A DNA stretch of 64,000 bases. It comes from a virus. Its lineage: Duplodnaviria; Caudoviricetes. Position 1 is the first letter of the stretch. Every line of letters starts with the position of its first letter. Positions 9,088-19,294 of the stretch are shown here, piece after piece. The stretch lies in the IMG/VR virus record IMGVR_UViG_3300034095_001474, positions 64,001-128,000 of that record, one strand, 5' to 3'. The notes beneath the pieces were generated by a model, which worked only from the letters and a program-made list of their open reading frames with translations, made no database searches and was not told the origin of the DNA. A program made the position numbers and the translations under genes.

Positions 9088-9943
9088 CTTTTTTTGGTTT
9101 TTCTAGTTCAAATAAGAACTGTCCGCAGCTGGAACCTATGTCGTTCCCTGGTGGTTTATAATATTCTACAATTTTTCCTTCACTTCTTAACCATTTCATA
9201 TATTTTTCCAATTCTTCTTCATCAGCTTTTACTGCATCCAATGATTCTTTCTCAGAAAACATCATAAATTTAATTGTAGTATGTCCATCAATCCATTCAT
9301 TTAAGGAATCTATATGATAATCACTATCATTTACGTCTTTCATAATGGTATAATGCACTTCAATTGGGTTTCCAGTCAATGAACGATACAATTTTAACAT
9401 GTTCATTGATGATTCTAAGTCCAAAGCAGACGGCATCCACTCTTTTCTTTGCTCATCATCAACAAAATGCATTGATAAATGTACTTTCACTGGTAAATTC
9501 ATAGACTTAACTCGTTCAATCAATGTGAAAAACGCAGCATAGTGCTTTTTAGGTAGCATAGTTGCTAACCCAAACCTAATATTAGGTTCTTTTAACATAA
9601 CCATACTATCAATAACGTTGTTTATGTTAGCCAAAGCTTCACCACAACCCATATATGATATAAGAATAGTTCTATAACCCAACCTTAAATCACATATGAT
9701 GTATTCTATACCCTCCACTATGTCCTTGTAGTCCATATCTTTTGTTGGTATCTTACCAATATGGTCAGTCAAGTGGCAGAAGGTGCACTTCATGTTGCAC
9801 ATAGTCTGGCATGGAACACATATGATATCTTTATCAGTACCATTGTCAATGTATGAGAACTCCACCATTTGTCCATCTACATCAAATATAAATTTAATAG
9901 TAGCATCCTCATTAGATGCTACCTTTTTATTAAATGTTATCAT
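9065..9943 (-). CDS. RlmN/Cfr-like radical SAM RNA methyltransferase
   Basis: CQTMCNMKCTFC, MGCGEAL (cf. MGMGEPL), C-terminal SCGQF (cf. ACGQL). Confidence 0.8.
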   Translation of the reverse strand: MITFNKKVASNEDATIKFIFDVDGQMVEFSYIDNGTDKDIICVPCQTMCNMKCTFCHLTDHIGKIPTKDMDYKDIVEGIEYIICDLRLGYRTILISYMGCGEALANINNVIDSMVMLKEPNIRFGLATMLPKKHYAAFFTLIERVKSMNLPVKVHLSMHFVDDEQRKEWMPSALDLESSMNMLKLYRSLTGNPIEVHYTIMKDVNDSDYHIDSLNEWIDGHTTIKFMMFSEKESLDAVKADEEELEKYMKWLRSEGKIVEYYKPPGNDIGSSCGQFLFELEKPKKDEFNISK

Positions 9944-9946
9944 TGT

Positions 9947-10501
9947 TTAAAAGTTTTTAAAAACCTCAAATGATTTACCACTAGTGTCACCACCATAGTT
10001 ATCCACTTCTTCTCCGTCATAGAAGACACCAGATACTGTATCAGTAAAAGAGTAGTCACAAGCCACAATATCTGTATCAATAGTTATTTTTAATTTAGTT
10101 AAATCAAATTCTTCAGCCTCAAAATCACCCATGAAGAAACTACCTTTTTCTTGTGCAAGACTAACAAATAAATCTAAATCTTGGTTGATTTGTTCGTATA
10201 TATCTATAGACTCAACTAATTCAAATTCTTCTGTATCGTGGTCATACAAACCTTTTTCAGTAACTTCAAAAACTACATTACCATCCTCATCTTCAATAGT
10301 AATAGTATAACTGTCAGTCGCTCCCCATCTATGGTATTGATTATCAATTTCATGATAACCGCCATAATCGTCTAAATCTTCATTGGCAATATCAACCAAT
10401 TCTTTTTCTTCGTTATTAAGAATTTCTTTTTGTTCATCGGTTACTGAACCAATTGTAATCTCATGTCCATATCCTTGTATGGAAACTGTGTATTTTTTCA
10501 T
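9947..10501 (-). CDS. acidic hypothetical protein
   Basis: 184-aa ORF with own promoter. Confidence 0.75.
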   Translation of the reverse strand: MKKYTVSIQGYGHEITIGSVTDEQKEILNNEEKELVDIANEDLDDYGGYHEIDNQYHRWGATDSYTITIEDEDGNVVFEVTEKGLYDHDTEEFELVESIDIYEQINQDLDLFVSLAQEKGSFFMGDFEAEEFDLTKLKITIDTDIVACDYSFTDTVSGVFYDGEEVDNYGGDTSGKSFEVFKNF

Positions 10502-10578
10502 AATATATTTATTTTATACAAATGTACTAACAATATTTCTATTAAACAAATTTTAATCACCAAAAGTTAAAATATTAT

Positions 10579-10947
10579 TCATATTAACTTTTTGATTGTT
10601 ACTTTTATTTTACCTTGCTTATGATTAGCTATCTTTCCAAATGCTTTCTTACTTAAATCAATATGATTAGGTCCAGCCAAACATTTATCAGTTGCTTCAA
10701 CAGTATCAACCTTATTGTTCGATAAGTTAGCTACTATTAATAATGTACCTTTTTGGTTTTTATTTGCTATTTTTATACCTAAGTGTTGTATTAAGTTTTT
10801 ACTAATAGCCGCTGTTGAATGTTCTCTATGAACAATAGGGTGTGGTGTTGTATCATACCATGTTGCAGTACAATTGTGTGTTTTTTTTATTTCATCACTA
10901 ACAAAGCTAGAACAAGTAATTAAAATTACTAATAATTTTTTAATCAT
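10579..10947 (-). CDS. RlpA-like double-psi beta-barrel protein
   Basis: signal peptide, ATWY..TAA..IDLSKKAF pattern. Confidence 0.65.
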   Translation of the reverse strand: MIKKLLVILITCSSFVSDEIKKTHNCTATWYDTTPHPIVHREHSTAAISKNLIQHLGIKIANKNQKGTLLIVANLSNNKVDTVEATDKCLAGPNHIDLSKKAFGKIANHKQGKIKVTIKKLI

Positions 10948-10956
10948 ATTTTTGAT

Positions 10957-11745
10957 TTATTGGTTCGTTAGTCTCCAGTTCGGTGTTGGATTTCTAATAA
11001 CCCTATCAGAAGCTTCCATTACTGCTTCTTCATACCATTTGTCGTACATGTTTAATATAAACTGGTGGTGAAACTCACTTTCAGTTATAAAGTTCTTCAA
11101 CAATGTTGCTTTACTTAATGGTCCATGACCAATCCATGTAACGACCCAATTTCTTGGACCTAACGTTATTACTAGTTGAGATAGCATATCTTTTATTTTA
11201 CCACCTATAACTGTTTCTGAATACCAGTTGTTTAAGTATTCTTTTGCAAATGTAATTAATTGTTGATGTTCCAAAATAAACTCATCTTGGAAATCATCAA
11301 CCAATCTTTTACTACCTAATTCAGCTTTAAATAATTTAATATGGTTATCTAATTTAGGTGTTATAATTTTATCTTTATAATAATCTAAAAAGAAAGATGT
11401 TATAAAATCTTCATGATATTGATTCTCGTATTTTTCCTTACAAGTTTTTAATACTTCCGTCAAATTCTTTTGACTACGTTCAGCATTATCTAAATTATCA
11501 AACACATCATATAAAACTTTTGTTAATATTCTTTTTTTAGAAGAGAACCAAATCTGTAATATAGTAGTGGATGAATTATCATTATCTATGTTGAAGTCAC
11601 CAAATATTTTTAGAAAGTGTAAATTAAAATCTCTAGGTGCAAACGTCTTCTCATCACTCTTATCAAAAAAGATAAAGGATTGTCTATCAGTCTTCACATC
11701 ATAGTTTTTATCTAAAAAATTTAGTATCAGTTTTTCATCTGTCAT
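10957..11745 (-). CDS. hypothetical protein
   Basis: 262-aa ORF. Confidence 0.75.
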   Translation of the reverse strand: MTDEKLILNFLDKNYDVKTDRQSFIFFDKSDEKTFAPRDFNLHFLKIFGDFNIDNDNSSTTILQIWFSSKKRILTKVLYDVFDNLDNAERSQKNLTEVLKTCKEKYENQYHEDFITSFFLDYYKDKIITPKLDNHIKLFKAELGSKRLVDDFQDEFILEHQQLITFAKEYLNNWYSETVIGGKIKDMLSQLVITLGPRNWVVTWIGHGPLSKATLLKNFITESEFHHQFILNMYDKWYEEAVMEASDRVIRNPTPNWRLTNQ

Positions 11746-11790
11746 ATTGTTTTTTAATAAATATACAACTTATTTTATAAAAAATAAAGT

Positions 11791-13746
11791 TTACAAACTA
11801 ATTAAACTCAAATTTATGTTCTTTTTCTCTATATCAACTGACGAAATAACTACATGTACCACGTCACCTAAACGTATGATATTCCCAGTGTTATGACCTT
11901 TTACTCTGTAGTTTTCAGCATCAGCAACATATGTATCACCAATGATTTCACTCAACCTTACAAGACCATCACAACCATTATCTTCCATAGTAATAAACAA
12001 ACCGTAATCAGTTACACTAGTAACCATACCCTTGAATATTTTACCCACCTTATCAGACATATAGATACATTGCATGTATTTGATACTATCTCTCTCAGCT
12101 TTTTGTGCTTTCTTCTCTCTTTCAGACAAGTGACCACACTTAGCATCTAGTTTTGCTATGTTAGGCAAAGATTTAGATGTACCATCTAAGTACATACCTA
12201 ACAATCTATGTACGATTACATCTGGATAACGTCTGATTGGACTAGTAAAGTGAGCATAGTTCTTGAACCCTAACCCATAGTGACCAATATTTTTGGTCAT
12301 GTAGTTAGCTTTTTGCATTGTACGTACAACCAAGTTGCTAATCATATCCTCTTCAGCGGTACCTCTAACATCCATTAGTAGTTTATTCAACGTACTTGTT
12401 GTTTCTTCTGGTGTACTTATCTTGATATCATAACCAAATTGTATTATAAAGTCTTTAAGTTGTTCTAACTTTTCTTCGTTAGGTTTCTCGTGTGCTCTGT
12501 TTACCATTGGAAACTGACGACTATTAACATATTGTGCAACATGTTTGTTTGCTAGCAGCATGTATTCCTCAATAAGTTTGTTAGAATCTTTACCAACCTT
12601 GAATATAATATCAACTGGTTTGTTATTTTTATCCAATTTGAACTTGATTTCATGTTTGTCGAATGATAAAGAACCTTTTTGTAAACGTACCTTACGCATT
12701 TTCTTAGCAATCTTATCAAGTGTTTTGATTGGTTGATGAAAAGGATATGCATATGCAACCTCTTCATGTGTTGATGTTGCTAGATATGGTATACCTAACA
12801 CATTTCCATGTTCTATTATGTTCTGTGCTTCTTCATATGTAAATCTCATATCAGAATTGATAACAGTTCTACCGAACCACTCATCCAACACATGACCATT
12901 GTGGTCAATTTTAAACACCACTGAGAAGCAAAGTTTATCTTCGTTAGGTCTTAGTGAACAAAGTCCGTTAGATAAGTTCTCTGGAAGCATAGGTACACAT
13001 CTATCTACAAGATAAACACTAGTTCCTCTACCATAAGCTTCTCTATCCAATTCTGTTTCTGGACGCAAATAATGTGATACATCAGCAATGTGAACACCAA
13101 CAAACAACTCACCGTTTACCCATTCAACACTCAGAGCATCATCGAAGTCTTTTGCATCATGTGGGTCAATAGTAAATGTAAGCACATTACGCATATCTCT
13201 ACGTTTTTCTATTTCTTCTTGAGTTATTTCAGTTGAGATTGCATCAGCTTCTGCGATTACATCTTCTGGGAAATCATATGGTAATCCATATTCTTCAAGG
13301 ATACTATGTATCTCTGTTTCGTGTTCACCAGCATCACCTATGATTCTAACTATTTTACCGTTAGGGTTCTTTGCGTTATCTTTCCAATCAGCCAATTGTG
13401 CAACAACCTTTTGTCCATGAGTTGCACCATTTAATTTATTCAAAGGAATAAAGAAATCGATTGCTAATTTGTTTGAGTCTGGGATAAAGAATGCAAACTT
13501 CTCGCTAATCTCAATTGTACCAACAAATTCTGTTCTGAATCGTTCGATTATCTCAATAACTTTACCTTCGATTGACCTTCCTTGTCCAGCAATTACCTCA
13601 ATTCTAACTGTGTCTAAATGTAACGCTTTGTTCGTTTTAGACTTATGTAAATAAATATCTTTTGGTAAGTCTACGCTAACCAAATATGCTGAACCACTTG
13701 CGTTCATACTTATTTTACCTTCTAATATGTCTCCTATTTTAATCAT
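11791..13746 (-). CDS. rnr: ribonuclease R
   Basis: TIDPHDAKDFDDA, HIADVSHY, HFTSPIRRYPD, C-terminal S1 domain. Confidence 0.95.
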   Translation of the reverse strand: MIKIGDILEGKISMNASGSAYLVSVDLPKDIYLHKSKTNKALHLDTVRIEVIAGQGRSIEGKVIEIIERFRTEFVGTIEISEKFAFFIPDSNKLAIDFFIPLNKLNGATHGQKVVAQLADWKDNAKNPNGKIVRIIGDAGEHETEIHSILEEYGLPYDFPEDVIAEADAISTEITQEEIEKRRDMRNVLTFTIDPHDAKDFDDALSVEWVNGELFVGVHIADVSHYLRPETELDREAYGRGTSVYLVDRCVPMLPENLSNGLCSLRPNEDKLCFSVVFKIDHNGHVLDEWFGRTVINSDMRFTYEEAQNIIEHGNVLGIPYLATSTHEEVAYAYPFHQPIKTLDKIAKKMRKVRLQKGSLSFDKHEIKFKLDKNNKPVDIIFKVGKDSNKLIEEYMLLANKHVAQYVNSRQFPMVNRAHEKPNEEKLEQLKDFIIQFGYDIKISTPEETTSTLNKLLMDVRGTAEEDMISNLVVRTMQKANYMTKNIGHYGLGFKNYAHFTSPIRRYPDVIVHRLLGMYLDGTSKSLPNIAKLDAKCGHLSEREKKAQKAERDSIKYMQCIYMSDKVGKIFKGMVTSVTDYGLFITMEDNGCDGLVRLSEIIGDTYVADAENYRVKGHNTGNIIRLGDVVHVVISSVDIEKKNINLSLISL

Positions 13747-13747
13747 T

Positions 13748-14263
13748 TTAATATTTTTTAATTATGAATTGTTCAAACAATTCTTTGTATTTTTTTTCAC
13801 TGTTTTGTATTCTACCAAAAAACCCTCTGGCTGTTTGTCTATACTTTATTTTGTTATATTCTAAATGTAATTGTTGAGTCATCACACTAGGATAAATATC
13901 TTTGTTTAATTTTTGATAAATATAACAACCATATCTATCAGCAATTTGTTCTTCATGAAGAACATGTTCAAAAAATTCATCAAAACTATCCAAAGATAGG
14001 TTTCTTAATATTTCTTGTTTGCCAAGTTTCTTCATTCTTTTGATATGGGCTGTTTCATGTAGTATAATAAAAAACATTAGTTGTGGGTTCAATACCCTAC
14101 TAAAATCTAAATACACACCTTCAAAAGTTGCCATCGCTAATGGACCCATTAAATCTGCTCTATAAAAAGGTACATTAATTTCTTCCATATAAGAAATTAA
14201 TGATTCCACATTATATCCAGATAAATTTTCTCTAATTTTTTCTTTTAATTCTTCATTTAACAT
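13748..14263 (-). CDS. zincin-like (HExxH) protein
   Basis: ILHETAH plus downstream EQIAD. Confidence 0.6.
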   Translation of the reverse strand: MLNEELKEKIRENLSGYNVESLISYMEEINVPFYRADLMGPLAMATFEGVYLDFSRVLNPQLMFFIILHETAHIKRMKKLGKQEILRNLSLDSFDEFFEHVLHEEQIADRYGCYIYQKLNKDIYPSVMTQQLHLEYNKIKYRQTARGFFGRIQNSEKKYKELFEQFIIKKY

Positions 14264-14298
14264 TAAATGAAGATAAAGAAATAATCAGCTAAGTAAAC

Positions 14299-14324
14299 AA
14301 AAACCCACTAATATTAGTGGGTTT
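14299..14324. terminator. bidirectional intrinsic terminator
   Basis: AAACCCACTAAT/ATTAGTGGGTTT inverted repeat. Confidence 0.7.
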
Positions 14325-14328
14325 ATTA

Positions 14329-14850
14329 TTAATGTCTATCTTGTGGTACGTGGTTAATTTTAAAAGATTCTAACCTTCCTTCTTTTACTTTGGTATCACC
14401 CCAAGCTTGGAAAATCGGCAAATGTTCCTCTCTATCATCCCACATCTCTACACTTGTAACGTTTGTGTATTTCTCCATCAAACTATCAAGTGTTTTTATT
14501 TTTGCTTCATCAGTTGTACCACCTCTATTGTAGTGGTATTCATGGAATGTTAATGCTTTGTCATCCAAAATGTTTTTAACTAATTCTCCTAGTCTTGACA
14601 TTCGACCAGTCAACATAATCATTCCAGTTTCTGGTTTAAGTTTCTCTTTTTCGTATGCAGTCATTACCATGGGTACTGTTGGCATATCAAATATTTCCAT
14701 ATCCAAACTCAATGGTTTACTCCACCAACCAGTATGTGGCCATTCTTTGCCAGTTTTATTTTTGTATTCTTGTTTACCAAATTCTGGTAGTGGTGTATCG
14801 ACAAGTGTTCCGTCAAAGTCCCAAATCGCTAGTTTTGTTATTTTCTCCAT
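14329..14850 (-). CDS. HAD phosphatase (Swiss-army-knife RNA-repair-like, HAD_SAK_1 type)
   Basis: WDFDGTLVDTP, LTGR, WDDR..H. Confidence 0.75.
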   Translation of the reverse strand: MEKITKLAIWDFDGTLVDTPLPEFGKQEYKNKTGKEWPHTGWWSKPLSLDMEIFDMPTVPMVMTAYEKEKLKPETGMIMLTGRMSRLGELVKNILDDKALTFHEYHYNRGGTTDEAKIKTLDSLMEKYTNVTSVEMWDDREEHLPIFQAWGDTKVKEGRLESFKINHVPQDRH

Positions 14851-15179
14851 AATTTTTTAAATAATCTTGTTATTAAGTTTTCTTGTTTCATGTTACTCAA
14901 AAGTGCACCATGTATTCTTTTGGTTGCACTTCCAATGAATTGTTTAGTTATTGGACCATGTGCGTTGAGAGTTTGTTTCAATGCACCACTAATCCGTTTA
15001 GTTTCTAGATGTCTTTCTCTTTTTAGTTTCCCTATCGTATCTAAATTAGCTTTTTGATATTCATCAAAAGCTATCATCAAGAAATCCAATTCAGTTTCAG
15101 TCGGTTCTATTCTTTGTAATATAAACTCTAGGTCTTTTCTAAGTTTATTTTTTCTTGTTTTAAAAATTTGTATTTCCAT
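14838..15179 (-). CDS. hypothetical protein
   Basis: ORF with own promoter. Confidence 0.65.
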   Translation of the reverse strand: MEIQIFKTRKNKLRKDLEFILQRIEPTETELDFLMIAFDEYQKANLDTIGKLKRERHLETKRISGALKQTLNAHGPITKQFIGSATKRIHGALLSNMKQENLITRLFKKLWRK

Positions 15180-15223
15180 ATTATATTTGCAAATGTACGT
15201 AAAGTTTTTTAATTAACCAAATA

Positions 15224-15658
15224 TTAATCTTCTTTTTTTATTTCTATTTGTGGTGTAGTTGTTTCTGGAATGAAATCACCATAAACATAATCCGTATATA
15301 ACAACTCACCTCTAGGTGCACTCAATGGTGTTACTGAAACTATATCCGTACCCATAGTTCGTGCTGCTACTGCTAGGGCTATCGGAAATCCAATAAGGTT
15401 TTCTAATGTAGTCCAATAGAATTCTAAATCAACATTTGGTTTTTCTGAAACAGCCCAATCATTTATAATTAATTTGATTAGCACTTCTTCTATACCAAAA
15501 ACTGTGTTTATCTCCTTTAATAGTAGACTATAGTTATGTGGTGATTTCCATTTGTTTTGATTTAGTTTGTAATATATTCCATCGTTACCAATTTCGCTAG
15601 TGTCAATGTAATAGTATTCAAACAAATATTGTTGTACAAGTTTTTCCATGCACAACAA
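15224..15658 (-). CDS. hypothetical protein; C-terminus resembles a T4 gp23-type capsid segment
   Basis: FPIALAVAARTMGTDIVSVTPLSAPRGELLYTDYVYG. Confidence 0.55.
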   Translation of the reverse strand: MLCMEKLVQQYLFEYYYIDTSEIGNDGIYYKLNQNKWKSPHNYSLLLKEINTVFGIEEVLIKLIINDWAVSEKPNVDLEFYWTTLENLIGFPIALAVAARTMGTDIVSVTPLSAPRGELLYTDYVYGDFIPETTTPQIEIKKED

Positions 15659-15685
15659 TAGATATTTTTTTTGGTTTAGTAAACA

Positions 15686-15994
15686 CTAAACTCCACCACC
15701 AATTGCTATTGTATAATTACCAGTTGCTATCGAATTATAACCCATTGCAACGGAATAGTTTCCACTGGGTCTTATTCTTTTCATTTCAACATATGTTGAA
15801 ATATCAAAGATAGCCCATTCATGTATGTATTGGTTAATTAAATCCTCACCAACACCAAAAATGGTTTTTAAATCATCAACCAAATCATCATAAAATTGAA
15901 AACATTGATTTGAATAATCGTAGATAACATCAACGTTATTTTCTAACCTAGTATTATAATGCCTATTCAAAAAGTGAAAGACAATCTCTCTCAC
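15686..15994 (-). CDS. hypothetical protein with YadA-head-like repeats
   Basis: SGNYSVAMGYNSIATGNYTIAIG. Confidence 0.55.
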   Translation of the reverse strand: MREIVFHFLNRHYNTRLENNVDVIYDYSNQCFQFYDDLVDDLKTIFGVGEDLINQYIHEWAIFDISTYVEMKRIRPSGNYSVAMGYNSIATGNYTIAIGGGV

Positions 15995-16506
15995 TTTTTA
16001 GGTTTTGGTTTTAAAGTTACAGACATTTTCTTACCCTCTAATTTAGGTAAAGACTCTGCTGTTCCATGTTCCTCAACTTCCAAAATTAGTTTCAACAACA
16101 ATTCTTGTCCCTTGTCAACATGATTCATTTGACGACCTTTGAACTGCATACTTATTTTAACTTTGTGTCCTTTATCTAAAAACTCAATGATGTGTTTAAT
16201 ACGATACTCAACATCATTATCAGAAGTATTTGGTCCCAACTTAATCTCTTTTAATTCAGCTGATTTCACTTTGTTCTTTAATTTCTTCTTTTGTTCATAG
16301 AGAAACTTTTCATAGTTTACTATTTTACAAATAGGTGGTGTTGTTGTAGTATTCACACAAACCAAATCCATTTCATCGGCTTGGGCCATTTTCAACGCTT
16401 CAGTTGTTTTAACGATACCTTCTGGTAGTCTAACAGAGTATTCTCTAATTTCTTCGTTTATAAAGTGTTCTCTTTTGTTATTAAATTTTTTCATAAATGT
16501 ATTCAA
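15991..16506 (-). CDS. infC: translation initiation factor IF-3
   Basis: INEEIR..MDLVCV..PPICKIVNYEKFLYEQKKK; KEIKL..DVEY..GHKVKISMQFKGRQ. Confidence 0.93.
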   Translation of the reverse strand: MNTFMKKFNNKREHFINEEIREYSVRLPEGIVKTTEALKMAQADEMDLVCVNTTTTPPICKIVNYEKFLYEQKKKLKNKVKSAELKEIKLGPNTSDNDVEYRIKHIIEFLDKGHKVKISMQFKGRQMNHVDKGQELLLKLILEVEEHGTAESLPKLEGKKMSVTLKPKPKK

Positions 16507-16942
16507 CTAATTCATAAATATCATTAACTTGTTTTATATTGTATTTCTCACAAACAATATCCACGTTTCCTTTTCTCCAAAAACCTTCTGGACAAATAAC
16601 TACCATCTTTTCACTACTCGCATGCAAACCCAATTCCAATAAAGAGATTGGTGATTTTGTGTTAGGGTCAAATACCATAACAATTATATCAGCTACTTCC
16701 AATCCGTTGAGTTCCCATTCTACTTGTTCTCTAAACTGTGGGTTTGTTATTTCTTGAGTCCATGAAGAATCCCAATCACTACGTCTAGGATTTAAAAATG
16801 TAATCATTTCATCTTTTAATCTTTCGATTAAATCTTTTTGCCAATCTATGGCTTTACCCATTTCTATTGAACCACCTAAAAATATTTTAGTGTTGGTCTT
16901 AACGTTGGGTATTTCGTTAGGTGCTTGTATTTCAATTGCCAT
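16481..16942 (-). CDS. nucleoside 2-deoxyribosyltransferase-like protein
   Basis: IFLGGSI..FLNPRR..QVEWE..SPISLLELG. Confidence 0.85.
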   Translation of the reverse strand: MAIEIQAPNEIPNVKTNTKIFLGGSIEMGKAIDWQKDLIERLKDEMITFLNPRRSDWDSSWTQEITNPQFREQVEWELNGLEVADIIVMVFDPNTKSPISLLELGLHASSEKMVVICPEGFWRKGNVDIVCEKYNIKQVNDIYELVEYIYEKI

Positions 16943-17174
16943 TAATCAAATTTATTTTTTCTTTTCTTGTTAGTTTTTTAATTCTATATTCTTCTTTAGC
17001 AGCTGTGCTCTTATCAAAACCATCAAAAGAAGCTCGTAGAACAACTGGAAGACGAGTCTTCGAATACTTTGCCCCTTTGCCTTTATTGTGTGTTTCTATA
17101 CGCTTATTTACGTCTGTTGTTATACCAGTATATAAAGTTCCATCAGAACACTCTACTATATATACATACCACAT
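16932..17174 (-). CDS. small GIY-YIG nuclease
   Basis: WYVYIVECSDGTLYTGITTDVNKRIETHN. Confidence 0.88.
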   Translation of the reverse strand: MWYVYIVECSDGTLYTGITTDVNKRIETHNKGKGAKYSKTRLPVVLRASFDGFDKSTAAKEEYRIKKLTRKEKINLINGN

Positions 17175-17392
17175 TAAACCAAAGTTATTATAATTGACCC
17201 CCAATTCACGAAACCTTCGGAACAAACAAACCCATAATCATTTACGCAATCACGTACAATATTCTTCATTTGTTCTGAGTTCCCAGTAACAATTTCTATT
17301 TGCGGTATTTTTCTCAGCATGGCCTCCCAAATGAATCTATCGACTTCATTTGAAACATTCTCATGCTTAATTCCATGTAAATCTAGTTTCAT
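17174..17392 (-). CDS. Smr-like domain protein
   Basis: LDLHG and IVTG motifs. Confidence 0.7.
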   Translation of the reverse strand: MKLDLHGIKHENVSNEVDRFIWEAMLRKIPQIEIVTGNSEQMKNIVRDCVNDYGFVCSEGFVNWGSIIITLV

Positions 17393-17410
17393 AATCTTAT
17401 TTTTTAAATT

Positions 17411-17863
17411 TTATCTTGAAAATAATTGTTTTACTTTATCTAAACAAGCTACTTGTGTTTCATGTAACAATAATCTAGCGTCATCTACTGTCACCCATTT
17501 GTATTCATCCATTTCTGGAAAGCCACCTCTTTCCTCTGGTACATTTGAATTACATTGAATGGTAATCAACGATAAATCCAAGTACTCACATTCAGTCTCA
17601 AACAATACGAAAGGAATAAGCATTTTCTTTCTATGAGAATAGTTAACTGAATCCAACATAATCATTTTATCTTTATAATCAGATATGTCTATGTTAGTTT
17701 CTTCAAATGTTTCACGAATACAAGCATTAGCAAACGTTTCTAATGCTTCCACCTTACCTTTTGGAATACTCCAAACATTTGATGGGTGTTGTGTTGGGTG
17801 ACAAATCAATAATTTGTTTGATTTGTTAATTAAAAACACTCCAGCTGCCGTTATTTTACTCAT
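17411..17863 (-). CDS. Nudix hydrolase
   Basis: PKG..E....ACIRETFEET Nudix box; FPEMDEY. Confidence 0.88.
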   Translation of the reverse strand: MSKITAAGVFLINKSNKLLICHPTQHPSNVWSIPKGKVEALETFANACIRETFEETNIDISDYKDKMIMLDSVNYSHRKKMLIPFVLFETECEYLDLSLITIQCNSNVPEERGGFPEMDEYKWVTVDDARLLLHETQVACLDKVKQLFSR

Positions 17864-18022
17864 TTTACATAAAATTTGTTTGTTATTATTTCTATTTGTT
17901 TTTCATTCTCATCTATAACAACATCAAACTCATCTGTTTCTCCTTCCGCACCAATCATTTTTAATAATTGATTTGACTTAACCAAAGCATCTTTGAATGC
18001 TTTTAGGTGTTCTATCGATACT

Positions 18023-18466
18023 TTATACATCTTCGTTTATTAATTTCATTTCTTTTAATATTCCTTCTATCTTCGCCCAATCAACAAATGGTCGGTTACT
18101 ATACACTGGATTAAAAATCAATGGACAACCCAACGCTGTATCATCTATCATAAATTGAGCATAACTTTTTGGTGATGATGTCCATAAATGTTGTGTTGGG
18201 TTCGATTGAATCCCATATAACGGTATATCATTTTCTTTAAACCAGTTAACAGCTTCAGTCAAATAAGTAACACCCTTGGTTACTATTTCAAAATGTTCAT
18301 TGAGTACATCATCAGAATCATTTCTCATAGTAAACAAGATAAGTTGGTGTCCGTTTTGTACCAATCTATTTAATACTCTTGCAGCACCAATATCTTTTCC
18401 AACTCTAGGAAAGTCATGTGTGGTACAAGTACCGTCAAAATCAATATTAAATGTTATCTTTTCCAT
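18023..18466 (-). CDS. HAD-like phosphatase
   Basis: IDFDGT, LFTMR, IDD. Confidence 0.75.
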   Translation of the reverse strand: MEKITFNIDFDGTCTTHDFPRVGKDIGAARVLNRLVQNGHQLILFTMRNDSDDVLNEHFEIVTKGVTYLTEAVNWFKENDIPLYGIQSNPTQHLWTSSPKSYAQFMIDDTALGCPLIFNPVYSNRPFVDWAKIEGILKEMKLINEDV

Positions 18467-18514
18467 ATTACAAATGTACAATTATTTTTTTATTAAAACA
18501 ATATCAAACATACT

Positions 18515-19294
18515 TTATTTTAATTTATTTTTTCCTTTTACCATATGTTTGCTACATTCTTCAAGCCATCCGTTTCTTAATGCAGAATTATATGATGATT
18601 TACTAATTTTAACCCAGTCATTGTATGAATTACATTTTAATGCAATTTCAAGGCTACGTTCTTTAGTCCAATATCCACGTGGTTTTACTAACTGCACCAT
18701 ATGAGTAGTTGCTTCTTCAAACCAACCATTTTTTCTAGCATTTGCACATGATGTTGAATTATTTTTTAACCATTCGGTCACAGTAGAAAATTGTTTTGCA
18801 TGTTCAATACAATTTTCTTTGTTCCAGTAACCCATAGGTTTTTGGTTTTCAACCATATGAGCAGCACATTCATCAATCCATCCGTTTTTTAATGCAGAAT
18901 TATAACATGGTTTGTTATTTCTTAAAAATTGAGTTCTCGTTTTATATTTCAGTGCTTCTTCTATACATTTTTCTTTATCCCAATACCCTCTAGGTTTGCG
19001 ACCTTTATCAATATGTGCTGTGCACTCAATAACCCAATCGTTATAATAAGCTATTTTATACGACATTTGATTAAATTCTCGCCATTCTTTAATTGAATTA
19101 TATTTAAGTGCTTCTTCTATACATTTTTCTTTGGACCAATACCCTTTTGGTTTTCTATTGGTTGGGGGAATTTTAAATTTCCAACCAAACATATCACAAA
19201 TTTCTTTTGTAAGTTTTAATCTTACAGCACGGTCATAAGCTTTAGGGTCATTTTTACCCCATTCAGTTAATGAATTATATTTACTTTTATACAT
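18515..19294 (-). CDS. tandem-repeat protein (4 x ~52 aa)
   Basis: repeat GYWxKExCxExAxKY...EW....Y..A..NGW.EEC..HM. Confidence 0.85.
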   Translation of the reverse strand: MYKSKYNSLTEWGKNDPKAYDRAVRLKLTKEICDMFGWKFKIPPTNRKPKGYWSKEKCIEEALKYNSIKEWREFNQMSYKIAYYNDWVIECTAHIDKGRKPRGYWDKEKCIEEALKYKTRTQFLRNNKPCYNSALKNGWIDECAAHMVENQKPMGYWNKENCIEHAKQFSTVTEWLKNNSTSCANARKNGWFEEATTHMVQLVKPRGYWTKERSLEIALKCNSYNDWVKISKSSYNSALRNGWLEECSKHMVKGKNKLK

